From a virus, in the IMG/VR virus record IMGVR_UViG_3300012949_000081: DNA of 13,551 nt. One strand, 5' to 3'. Position 1 is the stretch's first letter; every line of letters starts with the position of its first letter. Made by a program: the position numbers and the translations under genes. Below, in pieces: positions 13,500 through 13,551 of this stretch. The notes under the pieces were generated by a model that saw only the letters and a program-made list of their open reading frames with translations, had not been told where the DNA came from and did not search any database.

Positions 13500-13551
13500 G
13501 TTTTCACTCCTTTTTTACTTTAATGTTTACTTGCATTTTATTATAATATTA
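13431..13551. repeat. Terminal direct repeat copy B (circularisation overlap)
   Basis: Identical to 1-121. The repeat boundary at 13431 falls inside the ORF 13335-13499, so it is not a natural element end. Confidence 0.95.

Overview
The window is one complete circular replicon. Bases 1-121 recur exactly at 13431-13551, so the unique unit is 13,430 bp. The repeat cuts through a small ORF, which fits an assembly overlap of a circle better than a biological terminal repeat. All 17 credible genes lie on the minus strand, and every plus-strand ORF in the track looks like an antisense shadow. In transcription order (high to low coordinates, wrapping at the junction) the blocks are as follows. (1) A 54-aa ORF absent from the track, ParA, an RHH protein and an excisionase/AlpA-like HTH; then a 9-bp phased repeat array; then a 459-aa putative initiator, four perfect 22-bp iterons, a PrimPol/DnaB-like primase-helicase and a 179-aa unknown. 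(2) An 83-aa unknown, HK97-type portal, prohead protease, major capsid protein, gp6-like head-tail connector and HNH endonuclease. (3) A GC-rich candidate cos region, TerS, TerL and a head-closure protein. (4) Two unknown genes (148 aa and 107 aa) with their own promoter and terminator. No tail, lysis, integrase or att-like features are visible. I read this as a plasmid-maintained, capsid-forming, tail-less satellite-like element: its gene content resembles capsid-forming PICIs, but it has a partition system instead of an integrase. The most unusual sequence-level signal is a family of 9-bp phased G[C/T]TTA[C/T] / [G/A]TAA[A/G]C repeat arrays. Two are 8-unit arrays in opposite orientation, and one of them lies inside the 5' end of a coding region. 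Related to these is a conserved 12-15 bp box (ACTTTAATGTTTAC) upstream of all four gene blocks. RBS style and AT-richness suggest a low-GC Firmicute host, but that is inference only. All functional calls rest on motif recognition by eye, with no database search.
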